Below are positions 15,615-23,275 of a stretch of 39,708 nt of DNA, in pieces; the stretch's first letter is position 1, and each line of letters begins with the position of its first letter. The stretch spans positions 1 through 39,708 of IMG/VR virus record IMGVR_UViG_3300037692_000626, one strand, 5' to 3'. The position numbers and the translations under genes are program-made. Source of the stretch: a virus. Lineage: Duplodnaviria > Caudoviricetes. A model generated the notes under the pieces. It had not been told where the DNA came from. It searched no databases and saw only the letters and a program-made list of their open reading frames with translations.

Positions 15615-16954
15615 CTGGAAAGCTCCCTCGACGCGCGCTTCCCGGCCGTGGCCACGACCAGGGGCCCGGACTCGCGGGTGTCCGCGTGGTTGGCGAGAGC
15701 GAGCGCCCAGAACCGGTCGGCGTGCGAGTCGGTCTTCTCCTCCGCCGCGACGTCGAACCGGATATTGCCCGCCGCGGTCGTGATCTTCTTGACCGAGTGG
15801 AGGTCCTCGCGGACCTTCGCGTCAGGCGGGATCGTGATCCCCCGATCCTCGAACTCCGTGCGCACCGCGTATGCCATGGATTCCTTCACCGGCCCGGTAA
15901 ACGTGACCTCCTCGACCAGAAACCGGCCGAACTTCTCCTGGGCCTCCTCGGCCAACTGCATGCCGATACCGGTGTTATCGATGCAGGCGCGGCGCATGTT
16001 CGGGTGCGCGAGGATGAGGTAGAGCGCCTCCCGCTGGAGGCGGAAAGGCGTCCGCTCGAGGATTACGATCTTGCGCGTGTATTTGACGCGGCCGAGTTTC
16101 TCTAGCACCCAGATGACGGTCAAGTCCTTCTTGCGGCCGATGTCCACGCCGACGAACAGATCCCCCCTCACCTCTTCCAGGTCGCAGAGGGCATCCTCCA
16201 TCTCGCATGTGCCGATCAGGTCGTAGGTCAGGAAAGCCGTCGCGGCGTCGACCGCCACGCACCGGTACTCCTGGTTCCACGCGTCCTCGTCGGCGCAGCT
16301 CTCGCACAGCTCGGAGAGCCATTCCGCGCGCTCCGCCTCGGTTGTCGGATGGCCGAGGATCTTGTCCACCAGGCCTTCCGAGACGGCCGTCTCAATCGGC
16401 GTGGTGTGGAGCGACCACTTCAGGCGCTTTTTCAGGATCCGCTGGATGAAGCGATAGAAAAGACTCGTCTTGCCGTTTTGGGTGGAGAGGATGCGAAGCG
16501 GAAATCCCCAGGTGATGCAGGGCCGGGCCGCCGCCCACATCTTGACCGGATCGTCATGATGGGCAAATTCGTCCAGGACCACCTTGCCGCCCTTGGAGCG
16601 GAATCCCTTGGGGTTGCTGGAGAGCGCGTGGAGGCGGGTGCCGTTGGCGAGCTTGATGACGAGCGCCTTGATGTCCTTGTCGTTGTCGATGACCACCAGG
16701 CCCAGCGATTCCGCGGCGACGTGGAACATGCGCGCCCACTTCTCGCAATATTCGATGTACTCCTTGGCGGCCGACTCGTCCGCGGAGGAGAACCACACGG
16801 CGGGTACCGTCTTCCGCACGCAGTCGCGCACGTCCTCGTAGCTCTGGGCGTAGGTGGCGCCGATCCGCCGGGACTTATCCCACAGCTTGATGGGGGACTC
16901 GTCGGCGAGCCAGCGCATCTGGTACGGCAGGAAATATTTAGACTCACTTGACAA
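15605..16954 (-). CDS. Terminase large subunit (Mu gp28-like)
   Basis: FLPYQMRW, KSRRIGAT (Walker A), VVLDEFA (Walker B), GVDIGRKKDLT, HADRFWALALA. Probable TTG start at 16954. Confidence 0.95.
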   Translation of the reverse strand: MSSESKYFLPYQMRWLADESPIKLWDKSRRIGATYAQSYEDVRDCVRKTVPAVWFSSADESAAKEYIEYCEKWARMFHVAAESLGLVVIDNDKDIKALVIKLANGTRLHALSSNPKGFRSKGGKVVLDEFAHHDDPVKMWAAARPCITWGFPLRILSTQNGKTSLFYRFIQRILKKRLKWSLHTTPIETAVSEGLVDKILGHPTTEAERAEWLSELCESCADEDAWNQEYRCVAVDAATAFLTYDLIGTCEMEDALCDLEEVRGDLFVGVDIGRKKDLTVIWVLEKLGRVKYTRKIVILERTPFRLQREALYLILAHPNMRRACIDNTGIGMQLAEEAQEKFGRFLVEEVTFTGPVKESMAYAVRTEFEDRGITIPPDAKVREDLHSVKKITTAAGNIRFDVAAEEKTDSHADRFWALALANHADTRESGPLVVATAGKRASRELSSGY

Positions 16955-17360
16955 TGCCCAGGACCTCGCGCTCGATGAGTGCAATCACGTCCGGAGTGAT
17001 TTCCGCCTTGCCCTCCTTGGGTTCGCCGGCCTTGATCGCGTCCTCGAAATCCTTCACCTTCACGATCAGCGGCAGGAGGCGGGTCAGCGTGTAGAGCCGG
17101 CCGGTATCGACCTTCTCCCCGGACGCCATGTCGGCGGAGATGCCGCGCAGCAGGGCGCGGGCGAAGGTGTAGAGCTCCTCGTGAAACGCCTCCTTCTGCT
17201 CGCGGTACTGACGGCGTTTCTTGTCCCACTCTCCATCTTCCTTCCAGGACCAGACGGTCTTTTCCGAGAGGTTCAGGCGGGAGGCGATCTCGGCGATCGT
17301 CATCTGGTCGACGACGTAGCGGCGCTCGGCCTCCTCGGAGTACATCGCCTTCTTAGCCAA
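16944..17360 (-). CDS. Probable terminase small subunit (HTH, DUF1804-like)
   Basis: AERRYVVDQMTIAEIASRLNLSEKTVWSWKEDGEWD HTH; directly upstream of TerL. Confidence 0.8.
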   Translation of the reverse strand: MAKKAMYSEEAERRYVVDQMTIAEIASRLNLSEKTVWSWKEDGEWDKKRRQYREQKEAFHEELYTFARALLRGISADMASGEKVDTGRLYTLTRLLPLIVKVKDFEDAIKAGEPKEGKAEITPDVIALIEREVLGIVK

Positions 17361-17598
17361 GGTCGGCCTCGATCCGCGCGATCTTCGCCTTGAGCTCGCG
17401 CATCTCGGCGACGACCGTCTTCAGGCGGTTCATCGATGCCGCGGCCTCGTCGACGCGCAGCTGCGTCACGTCGTCCTCGTACGGCGACAGGACCTGGCGG
17501 ACGATGATGCGCAGGCCCGCGGCCTCCATGTCCAGATCGCGGTACCTCTTCTTGTGCCCTGCGAGCTGGCCCTTGGCGGCCAGGATTTCCATGTTCAT
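17353..17598 (-). CDS. Small coiled-coil late protein
   Basis: SD AAGGAG; overlaps the TerS start. Confidence 0.75.
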   Translation of the reverse strand: MNMEILAAKGQLAGHKKRYRDLDMEAAGLRIIVRQVLSPYEDDVTQLRVDEAAASMNRLKTVVAEMRELKAKIARIEADLG

Positions 17599-17610
17599 GC
17601 GGCGTCTCCT

Positions 17611-17910
17611 TTAGGCGGTCTGTTTATCCTTGATCAGGGGACAGAACTGGTTGGTGTCGATCTTGTTGTCCATCCGGGCGAGGATCGCCGCCTGGTACCG
17701 GGAGATCTCCAGCATCTCTTTCAGGAGCTCGTAGTTCTGATCTTCGCGCTTGGATTGCCCAGAGCTGATCGTCTGAAAGACCTGCACCTGGAGCTTCATA
17801 TTCTCCCCGAAAGCCTTCACCTGGGCCTCGTGGTAGAGGTACCAGATCATGAACACCAGGGCGGGGAAGCCTGCGTACTTGATCAGTTCGATGAGCTGCG
17901 CCAGGGACAT
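17611..17910 (-). CDS. Membrane-anchored coiled-coil protein, first gene of the leftward late operon
   Basis: SD GGAGG before ATG 17910; N-terminal TM (YAGFPALVFMIWYLY). Confidence 0.75.
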   Translation of the reverse strand: MSLAQLIELIKYAGFPALVFMIWYLYHEAQVKAFGENMKLQVQVFQTISSGQSKREDQNYELLKEMLEISRYQAAILARMDNKIDTNQFCPLIKDKQTA

Positions 17911-17930
17911 TGAAGCCTCCGGAGGGGGAT

Positions 17931-18046
17931 GTATTACCGGCAATTGTGGCAGAGGAACTGTGCACGGTTGGTCTGACGGTGCACAAAATTTTGTGCACGG
18001 TTGGTCCAACCGTGCACAGCAACCCCCGTACAATTCCGGGTATTAC
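17931..18046. promoter_or_regulatory. Bidirectional late promoter region with nested palindromes (probable Mor/C-activator sites)
   Basis: Elements 17959-17985 and 17992-18018 (TGTGCACGGTTGG-T-CCAACCGTGCACA) flank a central AAAATTTT. -10-like TACAAT (+, 18029-18034) and CACAAT (-, 17948-17943) are symmetric; no consensus -35. Confidence 0.75.
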
Positions 18047-18094
18047 CGATCGCTTTCATCGTCACGCGCCGGAAACCACGGGAGGGAGAGACAG

Positions 18095-19042
18095 ATGACG
18101 AAACGGTTCTTCACGGTGTTCCGGGCGGGCAAATACCCGCAGGGTGAGTTTCCGCGGGCGGCCGTCGAGGCGGTCGCCAAGCACTACGACCCGGCGTTTT
18201 CCGAGGCGCCGATCACGATCGACCACGCCAAGAGCGGCCCGGCGTTCGGCTGGATCGAGGAGGCGCGGGCGGTCGGGGACGATCTGCAGGTGGCCTTCCG
18301 GGACGTGGCGCCGGAGTTCAAGGAGTCGGTGGACTCGGGCCGGTACCGGAAGGTGTCGATCGAGCTGTTCCGGCAGCTCGAGGGCCGCGAGCCGTACTTG
18401 AAGGCCGTCACCTTCCTGGGCGCGAAGCCGCCGCAGGTCAAGGACCTGCCGGCGATCGCCTTCAAGGACGGGGAGACCGACACCTACGAGTTCGAGATGG
18501 TCGACGCGCCCGAAGGCGATCCGCCCGTCGCTCCGGTGCCGGAGACGCCGCCCGCGGCCCCGCCGGCGGGGAACGACCAGGTCGCGCAGCTCTCTGCGCG
18601 CGTGTCGGAGCTCACCAACCAGGTGGCCAAGTTCGCGGAGGTGGACGCCGACCGGGTGAAGGCCGAGGGCGAGCTCGAGCGGCTGCGCTGCCAGATACGC
18701 AAGATGGAGTTCGAGCAGTTTTTGAACGAGCGCATCGCGTGGGGCAACGTTACCCCCGCGATGAAGGACACGTGTCTGAAGCTCCTGGAGGCCATGTCCG
18801 GCGTTGCGGCTTTTTCCGACGGCAGCCAGCCGGTCGACCAGTTCAAGGGTTTCCTGACCGCGCTTCCCAAGGTCGTAGAGTTTGCCGAGGTGGCGCGCAA
18901 AGACACCGCTGGCGGGACGCTCGACATGACGGACCCGACGGCGATCGCCGCCGCCGCGGTCGAGTTCCAGGACAGCGAGGCCAAGGCGGGACGGACGATC
19001 TCCGTCACGGCGGCCGTCGCCCACGTGACGGAGGGCAAATAA
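18095..19042 (+). CDS. Head maturation protease/scaffold (Mu gpI-like)
   Basis: VFRAGKY, EAPITIDH...PAFGWI, GRYRKVSIEL, YLKAVTFLGAKPPQVK; Pro-rich linker then helical scaffold. SD GGAGGGAG before ATG 18095. Confidence 0.9.
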   Translation: MTKRFFTVFRAGKYPQGEFPRAAVEAVAKHYDPAFSEAPITIDHAKSGPAFGWIEEARAVGDDLQVAFRDVAPEFKESVDSGRYRKVSIELFRQLEGREPYLKAVTFLGAKPPQVKDLPAIAFKDGETDTYEFEMVDAPEGDPPVAPVPETPPAAPPAGNDQVAQLSARVSELTNQVAKFAEVDADRVKAEGELERLRCQIRKMEFEQFLNERIAWGNVTPAMKDTCLKLLEAMSGVAAFSDGSQPVDQFKGFLTALPKVVEFAEVARKDTAGGTLDMTDPTAIAAAAVEFQDSEAKAGRTISVTAAVAHVTEGK

Positions 19043-19084
19043 CGCTTCTTCATCCCTTAAACCACGAACCAAGGAGGAGGGCAC

Positions 19085-19459
19085 ATGCACAATCCGCAGC
19101 TCACAAAAAGTTTCGTCGCGGGGGCGATCGTAGCCGCGTACCGGATCGTCGTGCAAAGCGACGGTGACACGGTCGTCCAGGGCGCCGCGGTCAGCGACAA
19201 GCTGGTCGGCATCTCCGACAATCTGGGCGCCGCTTCGGGCGCACGCTGCGAGGTGCATCTGGCCGGCGCCGTCGAGGTGGAGTTCGGCGGCAACATCACC
19301 GTCGGCGATCCGCTGACCTCCGACGCCAACGGCAAGGCCGTGGCCGCCGCGCCGGCCGCCGGCGTCAACAACCGGATCATCGGCTTCGCCGTGGTCGCGG
19401 GCGCTTCCGGCGACATCGGAAGCTGCAAGATCGCCCAGGGCGTGATGCAGGGCGCGTAA
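19085..19459 (+). CDS. Capsid cement/decoration protein (DUF2190-like)
   Basis: AGAIVAAYRIV...VEVEFGGNITVGDPLTSDANGKAV...IIGFA; lies between protease and capsid. Confidence 0.85.
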   Translation: MHNPQLTKSFVAGAIVAAYRIVVQSDGDTVVQGAAVSDKLVGISDNLGAASGARCEVHLAGAVEVEFGGNITVGDPLTSDANGKAVAAAPAAGVNNRIIGFAVVAGASGDIGSCKIAQGVMQGA

Positions 19460-19518
19460 TAGCGCCCCTGACTCACGTGATGTCATCAACCACCGAACCC
19501 CAAGGAGGATAAAAGCCC

Positions 19519-20445
19519 ATGCTCGCACCGTTCCCGATCATCCCCGAGCTCACGGCGATCGCCATCGCCTACCGGAATCCCAAGCTCATCGCCGACGACG
19601 TCCTGCCCCGCGTCCCCGTGGGGAAGGAGCAGTTCTCGTACCTCCTGCAGACCAAGGCCGAAGGGTTCACCGTCCCCGACACCAAGGTCGGCCGCAAGAG
19701 CGCGCCGACGAAGGTCGAGTTTTCCGGTGTCAAGACCGATTCGGCCACCCAGGACCACGGGCTCGACGACCCGATCCCCGACGACGACATCAAGAACGCC
19801 GCCCCGGGCTACGACCCCGTGGGGCGCGCCGTCGAGGGCCTGACCAACCTGATCGCGCTGGGCCGCGAGGTGCGTTCCGCCGCCCTGGTGTTCGCCCAGG
19901 CCACCTACGCGGCGGCCAACCGCGTCGCGCTGGCCGGCAACGACCAGTGGTCGGATTTCGTCAACTCCGATCCGATCGACGACATCATGGTCGGGCTGGA
20001 CGCCTGCATCATGCGGCCGAACATTCTGGTGATCGGCCGCGCGGCGTTCACGAAGCTCGTCATGCACCCCAAGATGATCAAGGCCGTCCGCGGCACCGCG
20101 GCAGACGCCGGGATCGTCTCCCGCCAGGCGGTGGCCGATCTGTTCGAGCTCGACCAGATCCTGGTCGGTGAGGGCTGGCTCAACACGGCCAAGAAGGGCC
20201 AGGCGGCCGTCTACGCCCGCGTGTGGGGCAAGCACGCCGCGCTCATCTATCGCGACAAGCTGGCCGACACGCAGCGCGGGACGACCTTCGGCTACACCGC
20301 GCAGTTCGGCACGCGCGTCTCCGGGTCGATCCCCGATCCCAACATCGGCCTGCGCGGCGGACAGAACGTGCGCGTCGGCGAGTCGGTGAAGGAGCTCGTC
20401 ACCGCCAACGATCTCGGCTACTTCATCGAAACCGCGGTGGCGTAA
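19519..20445 (+). CDS. Major capsid protein (HK97 fold)
   Basis: PELTAIAIAYRN..LIADDVLPRVPV, WSD..NSDPI, RPNILVIG, WGKH, TFGYTA, DLGYFIETAVA; position in the head operon. Confidence 0.9.
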   Translation: MLAPFPIIPELTAIAIAYRNPKLIADDVLPRVPVGKEQFSYLLQTKAEGFTVPDTKVGRKSAPTKVEFSGVKTDSATQDHGLDDPIPDDDIKNAAPGYDPVGRAVEGLTNLIALGREVRSAALVFAQATYAAANRVALAGNDQWSDFVNSDPIDDIMVGLDACIMRPNILVIGRAAFTKLVMHPKMIKAVRGTAADAGIVSRQAVADLFELDQILVGEGWLNTAKKGQAAVYARVWGKHAALIYRDKLADTQRGTTFGYTAQFGTRVSGSIPDPNIGLRGGQNVRVGESVKELVTANDLGYFIETAVA

Positions 20446-20465
20446 GGCGAACGAAACACCCCAGG

Positions 20466-20495
20466 GCGGCGGCTCTTCGGCCGGGGAGCCGCCGC
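20466..20495 (+). other. Strong hairpin after the capsid gene (possible mRNA stabiliser or attenuator; no U-tract)
   Basis: GCGGCGGCTCTTC-GGCC-GGGGAGCCGCCGC, 13-bp stem with two G-U pairs. Confidence 0.5.
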
Positions 20496-20521
20496 ACGAT
20501 CCCATAAAGGAGCAAAACATT

Positions 20522-20701
20522 ATGGCGAAATTCACCGTGAAGTCCCCGTTGAAATTCGACGGCAAGCGGTACGAGATCGGCAAGACCGTGGAGATCAAGG
20601 ACGAGCGGACCGAGGTGATCGAGCCGTTGCTCATGGCCGGAGTCATCGAGCCGAAGAAGGGCAAGGCCGACGATAAGGATCCCGCCGCAGGAAGCAAGTA
20701 G
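20522..20701 (+). CDS. 59-aa post-capsid protein (not in the ORF track)
   Basis: MAKFTVKSPLKFDGKRYEIGKTVEIKDE...LLMAGVIE; SD AAAGGAG; typical small gene between capsid and adaptor. Confidence 0.8.
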   Translation: MAKFTVKSPLKFDGKRYEIGKTVEIKDERTEVIEPLLMAGVIEPKKGKADDKDPAAGSK

Positions 20702-20706
20702 CTCCC

Positions 20707-21138
20707 GTGGCGTACGCGACGCAAACCGACCTCGTGGAGCGCTTCGGCGAAGCCGAGCTCGTCCGGCTTACCGATCGCAGCATCCCGCCGACGGGACAGG
20801 TCGATGCGGACGTCGTCTCACGCGCTTTATCCGACGCGGAGGCCGAAGTCAACGGATACCTGGCCTCCCGGTACACGCTGCCCCTGGGCGTGGTACCGGA
20901 GCTGCTGAAGCGCCTGACCTGCGACATCGCCCGCTACCTCCTCTACGACGACGTGGCCCCCGACCAGATCCGGGACCGGTACAAGGACACGGTGAGTCTC
21001 TTGAAAGGGATCGCGGAAGGCAAGGTGTCGCTGGCGATCGATCCGGCGTCGCAGCCCGCGCCGCAAAGCGAGACGGATACGCCTGCCGTCCGGACCGCGG
21101 AACGGACCTTCTCCAAGTCCACGCTCGACGGGTTCTGA
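20707..21138 (+). CDS. Head-tail adaptor (Mu gp36/DUF1320 family)
   Basis: MAYATQTDLVERFGEAELVRLTDR...A.AEVNGYLASRYTLPL...CDIARYLLY...RDRY...LKGIAEGKVSL. Confidence 0.92.
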   Translation: MAYATQTDLVERFGEAELVRLTDRSIPPTGQVDADVVSRALSDAEAEVNGYLASRYTLPLGVVPELLKRLTCDIARYLLYDDVAPDQIRDRYKDTVSLLKGIAEGKVSLAIDPASQPAPQSETDTPAVRTAERTFSKSTLDGF

Positions 21139-21139
21139 C

Positions 21140-21571
21140 GTGGCCGACCCCGTCCGCGAGCGGATCCTCGAGAACCTGGTGGGGGACGTCACGTCCTCGG
21201 GTGCGGTGCGCGCCGTGGACCGCATGCGCCGCACGAAGTACCAGAGCCACGAACTGCCCGCGCTCAATCTCTGGGAGGGAAAGGAGAGGAAGGAGCCCGG
21301 ACCCTCGGGGCTGACCACCTGCCACCTCCCGCTGCTTTTGGAGATCACGGTGCTGGACCCGAACAAGCACGCTACCGTCGCCAACCTGGCCATGGCCGCC
21401 GTGGTCAAGGCGGTCCTTGCCGACCGCCAGCGGGGCGGCCTGGCGGTGGATACCGAGGAGACGGGGAGCGAGCCGTTCATCGGCGAAACGAACGATCCCA
21501 CGGGAGGATTCCGCGTTGAAATCGAAATCGAGTACCGGCACAAGGAAGACGACCCCTTTGCCCAAATCTGA
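21140..21571 (+). CDS. Probable tail terminator protein
   Basis: VRERIL...ELPALNL...LADRQRGGLA...IEYR pattern; position before the tail tube gene. Confidence 0.7.
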   Translation: MADPVRERILENLVGDVTSSGAVRAVDRMRRTKYQSHELPALNLWEGKERKEPGPSGLTTCHLPLLLEITVLDPNKHATVANLAMAAVVKAVLADRQRGGLAVDTEETGSEPFIGETNDPTGGFRVEIEIEYRHKEDDPFAQI

Positions 21572-21607
21572 CCCGCCGGAAAATGCGGGACTGAACAAGG
21601 AGGAAGC

Positions 21608-22555
21608 ATGTCTCTCGAACGAAAGTCGCTGATCCTGGCAAAGACCGAAGTCGCCTACGGCGTCGATCCGGTGCCGGTGCCGGCCACGGATTCCATCCTC
21701 ACCGGAGCGGTCTCCTACGAGATCGTGGGACGGTCGCTGGAGCGGGACGTGGTGATGCCGCATTTCGGCAAGCTCGTTCCGGCCAACGTCGGCGAGGGGA
21801 TCAAGCTCTCCATCCCCGTGGAGCTCCGCGGGGCGGGCGGCGCGGTGGATGAGGTACCCCGGATCGGGCGGCTCCTGCGGGCCTGCAACATGCCCGAGAC
21901 GGTCAACGCGGCCGTCTCCGTCGTCTATTCCCTGACCAGCGAGGAGGACGGCGAGTCGGTGACGATCTACTGGTACGCCGACGGGATCCTCCACAAGGCG
22001 CTCGGCTGCACGGGGTCCTTGAAACTCTCCGGCAAGAGCGGCGAGTACGGCAAGCTCGCGCTGGAGCTCACCGGGATCTACGCCGGCGCCCACGCCTCGG
22101 ACCAGGCGACGCCGGCGCCGACGTTCGGCGATGCGGCCGTTCCGCCCAGGTTCCTCTCCGCGCTGTTCTCCATCAACGGGTACGCGGGCGCCATCGAGAA
22201 CTTCGAGGTCGACCTGGGGGCGGAGATCGGAAAGCGGGTCGACGCCAACTCGGCAAGCGGCATCCTGCGGTACTTCCACAACGACCGCAACGTCAAGGGC
22301 TCGTGCGATCCCCGGGTGGTGCCGCTTGCCACCTACAACCCGTGGACGGCGTGGGACGCCTCCACCGCCGGGGCCATCACCGCGCAGTTCGGCTCCGCCG
22401 TGGGAAACAAGGTCGTAGTCGCCATGCCCAACTGCTCCCTGACCGACTCGCCCAAGTACGGCGCCCGGGAGAAGGAGCGGATCTACCAGCTCGCCTTCGG
22501 GGCGTATCCGACGCTTGACGCCGGCAACAACGAACTGACCCTCACCTTCAGCTGA
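21608..22555 (+). CDS. Major tail tube protein (siphovirus type)
   Basis: LILAKTEVAYGVDP, VELRGAG, ESVTIYWYADG...GCTGS, GSAVGN, GNNELTLTF; no sheath gene present. Confidence 0.85.
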   Translation: MSLERKSLILAKTEVAYGVDPVPVPATDSILTGAVSYEIVGRSLERDVVMPHFGKLVPANVGEGIKLSIPVELRGAGGAVDEVPRIGRLLRACNMPETVNAAVSVVYSLTSEEDGESVTIYWYADGILHKALGCTGSLKLSGKSGEYGKLALELTGIYAGAHASDQATPAPTFGDAAVPPRFLSALFSINGYAGAIENFEVDLGAEIGKRVDANSASGILRYFHNDRNVKGSCDPRVVPLATYNPWTAWDASTAGAITAQFGSAVGNKVVVAMPNCSLTDSPKYGAREKERIYQLAFGAYPTLDAGNNELTLTFS

Positions 22556-22568
22556 CAAGGAGATTTGC

Positions 22569-23003
22569 ATGTTCGATCTTTCCTGCGATAAGAACCGCTT
22601 CCCGACGACGGCCAGAAATCAGAACGGCGAGGATGTGACCTTCTCCCTGTTCTACCGTCGTCCCACCAACGAGGAGATCGTCGCCTACAACAAGGCGCTC
22701 TTCGTGAAGAGGAACGGCAAGGTCGTAAACAGCGTCGTGCCGACCCGGATCGAGTTCGGGCTGAAGATCCTGACCGGAGTCCAGGACGGGGTCTTTTCGC
22801 TGTCCGGCAAGCCCGTCTCCTCGGACCCGTCCAGCCCGGATTACCACCCCGACTGGAAGGGGATGCTCAAAAACGCCCTTGCGGCGAACGTCATCAACTT
22901 CGCCTTCCGGGTGTTCGAGTCGGTCTCCGACGCCCAGGTCGATCCGGAAGATCTCCTCGTCGGCGAGGAGGGTGAGGAAGTGCCCCCTTTAGCGAGGAGC
23001 TAA
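22569..23003 (+). CDS. Tail assembly chaperone (gpG-like)
   Basis: Between tail tube and tape measure; ends in slippery CCCTTTA. Confidence 0.8.
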   Translation: MFDLSCDKNRFPTTARNQNGEDVTFSLFYRRPTNEEIVAYNKALFVKRNGKVVNSVVPTRIEFGLKILTGVQDGVFSLSGKPVSSDPSSPDYHPDWKGMLKNALAANVINFAFRVFESVSDAQVDPEDLLVGEEGEEVPPLARS

Positions 23004-23275
23004 GGAGGCTCCGGGAGAACTGCACACCCGCCGTCAAGGCCGAATGCGCCAAGGGGTGCGGCCCCAACGATCTCCCGGCCCTGTGCGACGCCTGCGAGCG
23101 AAGGGAGCCATATGCACCGTCCGCCTGGTTTTCCCATATCTGGTACTTCTACGCGCTGCAGCGGGGGGGATATCCGTTCGGCCCTGAGGATCTCTCGATC
23201 GAGGAATGGATCGATCTGGGGGTCCTGCGCGATGAGTTGGAGGCGCTGAGGCGTTGGCCGACAACTTGCGCATAA
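22985..23275 (+). CDS. -1 frameshift extension of the tail chaperone (gpGT-like); not in the ORF track
   Basis: X XXY YYZ heptamer C CCT TTA at 22985-22991 in the correct frame; -1 frame open for 96 codons to TAA 23273-23275 with no ATG of its own. Confidence 0.8.
   Translation, partial: PFSEELRRLRENCTPAVKAECAKGCGPNDLPALCDACERREPYAPSAWFSHIWYFYALQRGGYPFGPEDLSIEEWIDLGVLRDELEALRRWPTTCA

Noticed and set aside
17959-18018. Mini-CRISPR array
   Set aside because: Only two 27-bp units separated by 6 bp, no spacer-length unique sequence and no cas genes.
17911-18033. N-terminal extensions with repeated peptides (CTVG/QPCT) in ORFs 17611-18033, 17624-18022 and 17849-19042
   Set aside because: Translation artefacts of the palindromic promoter; SD-supported starts are 17910 and 18095.
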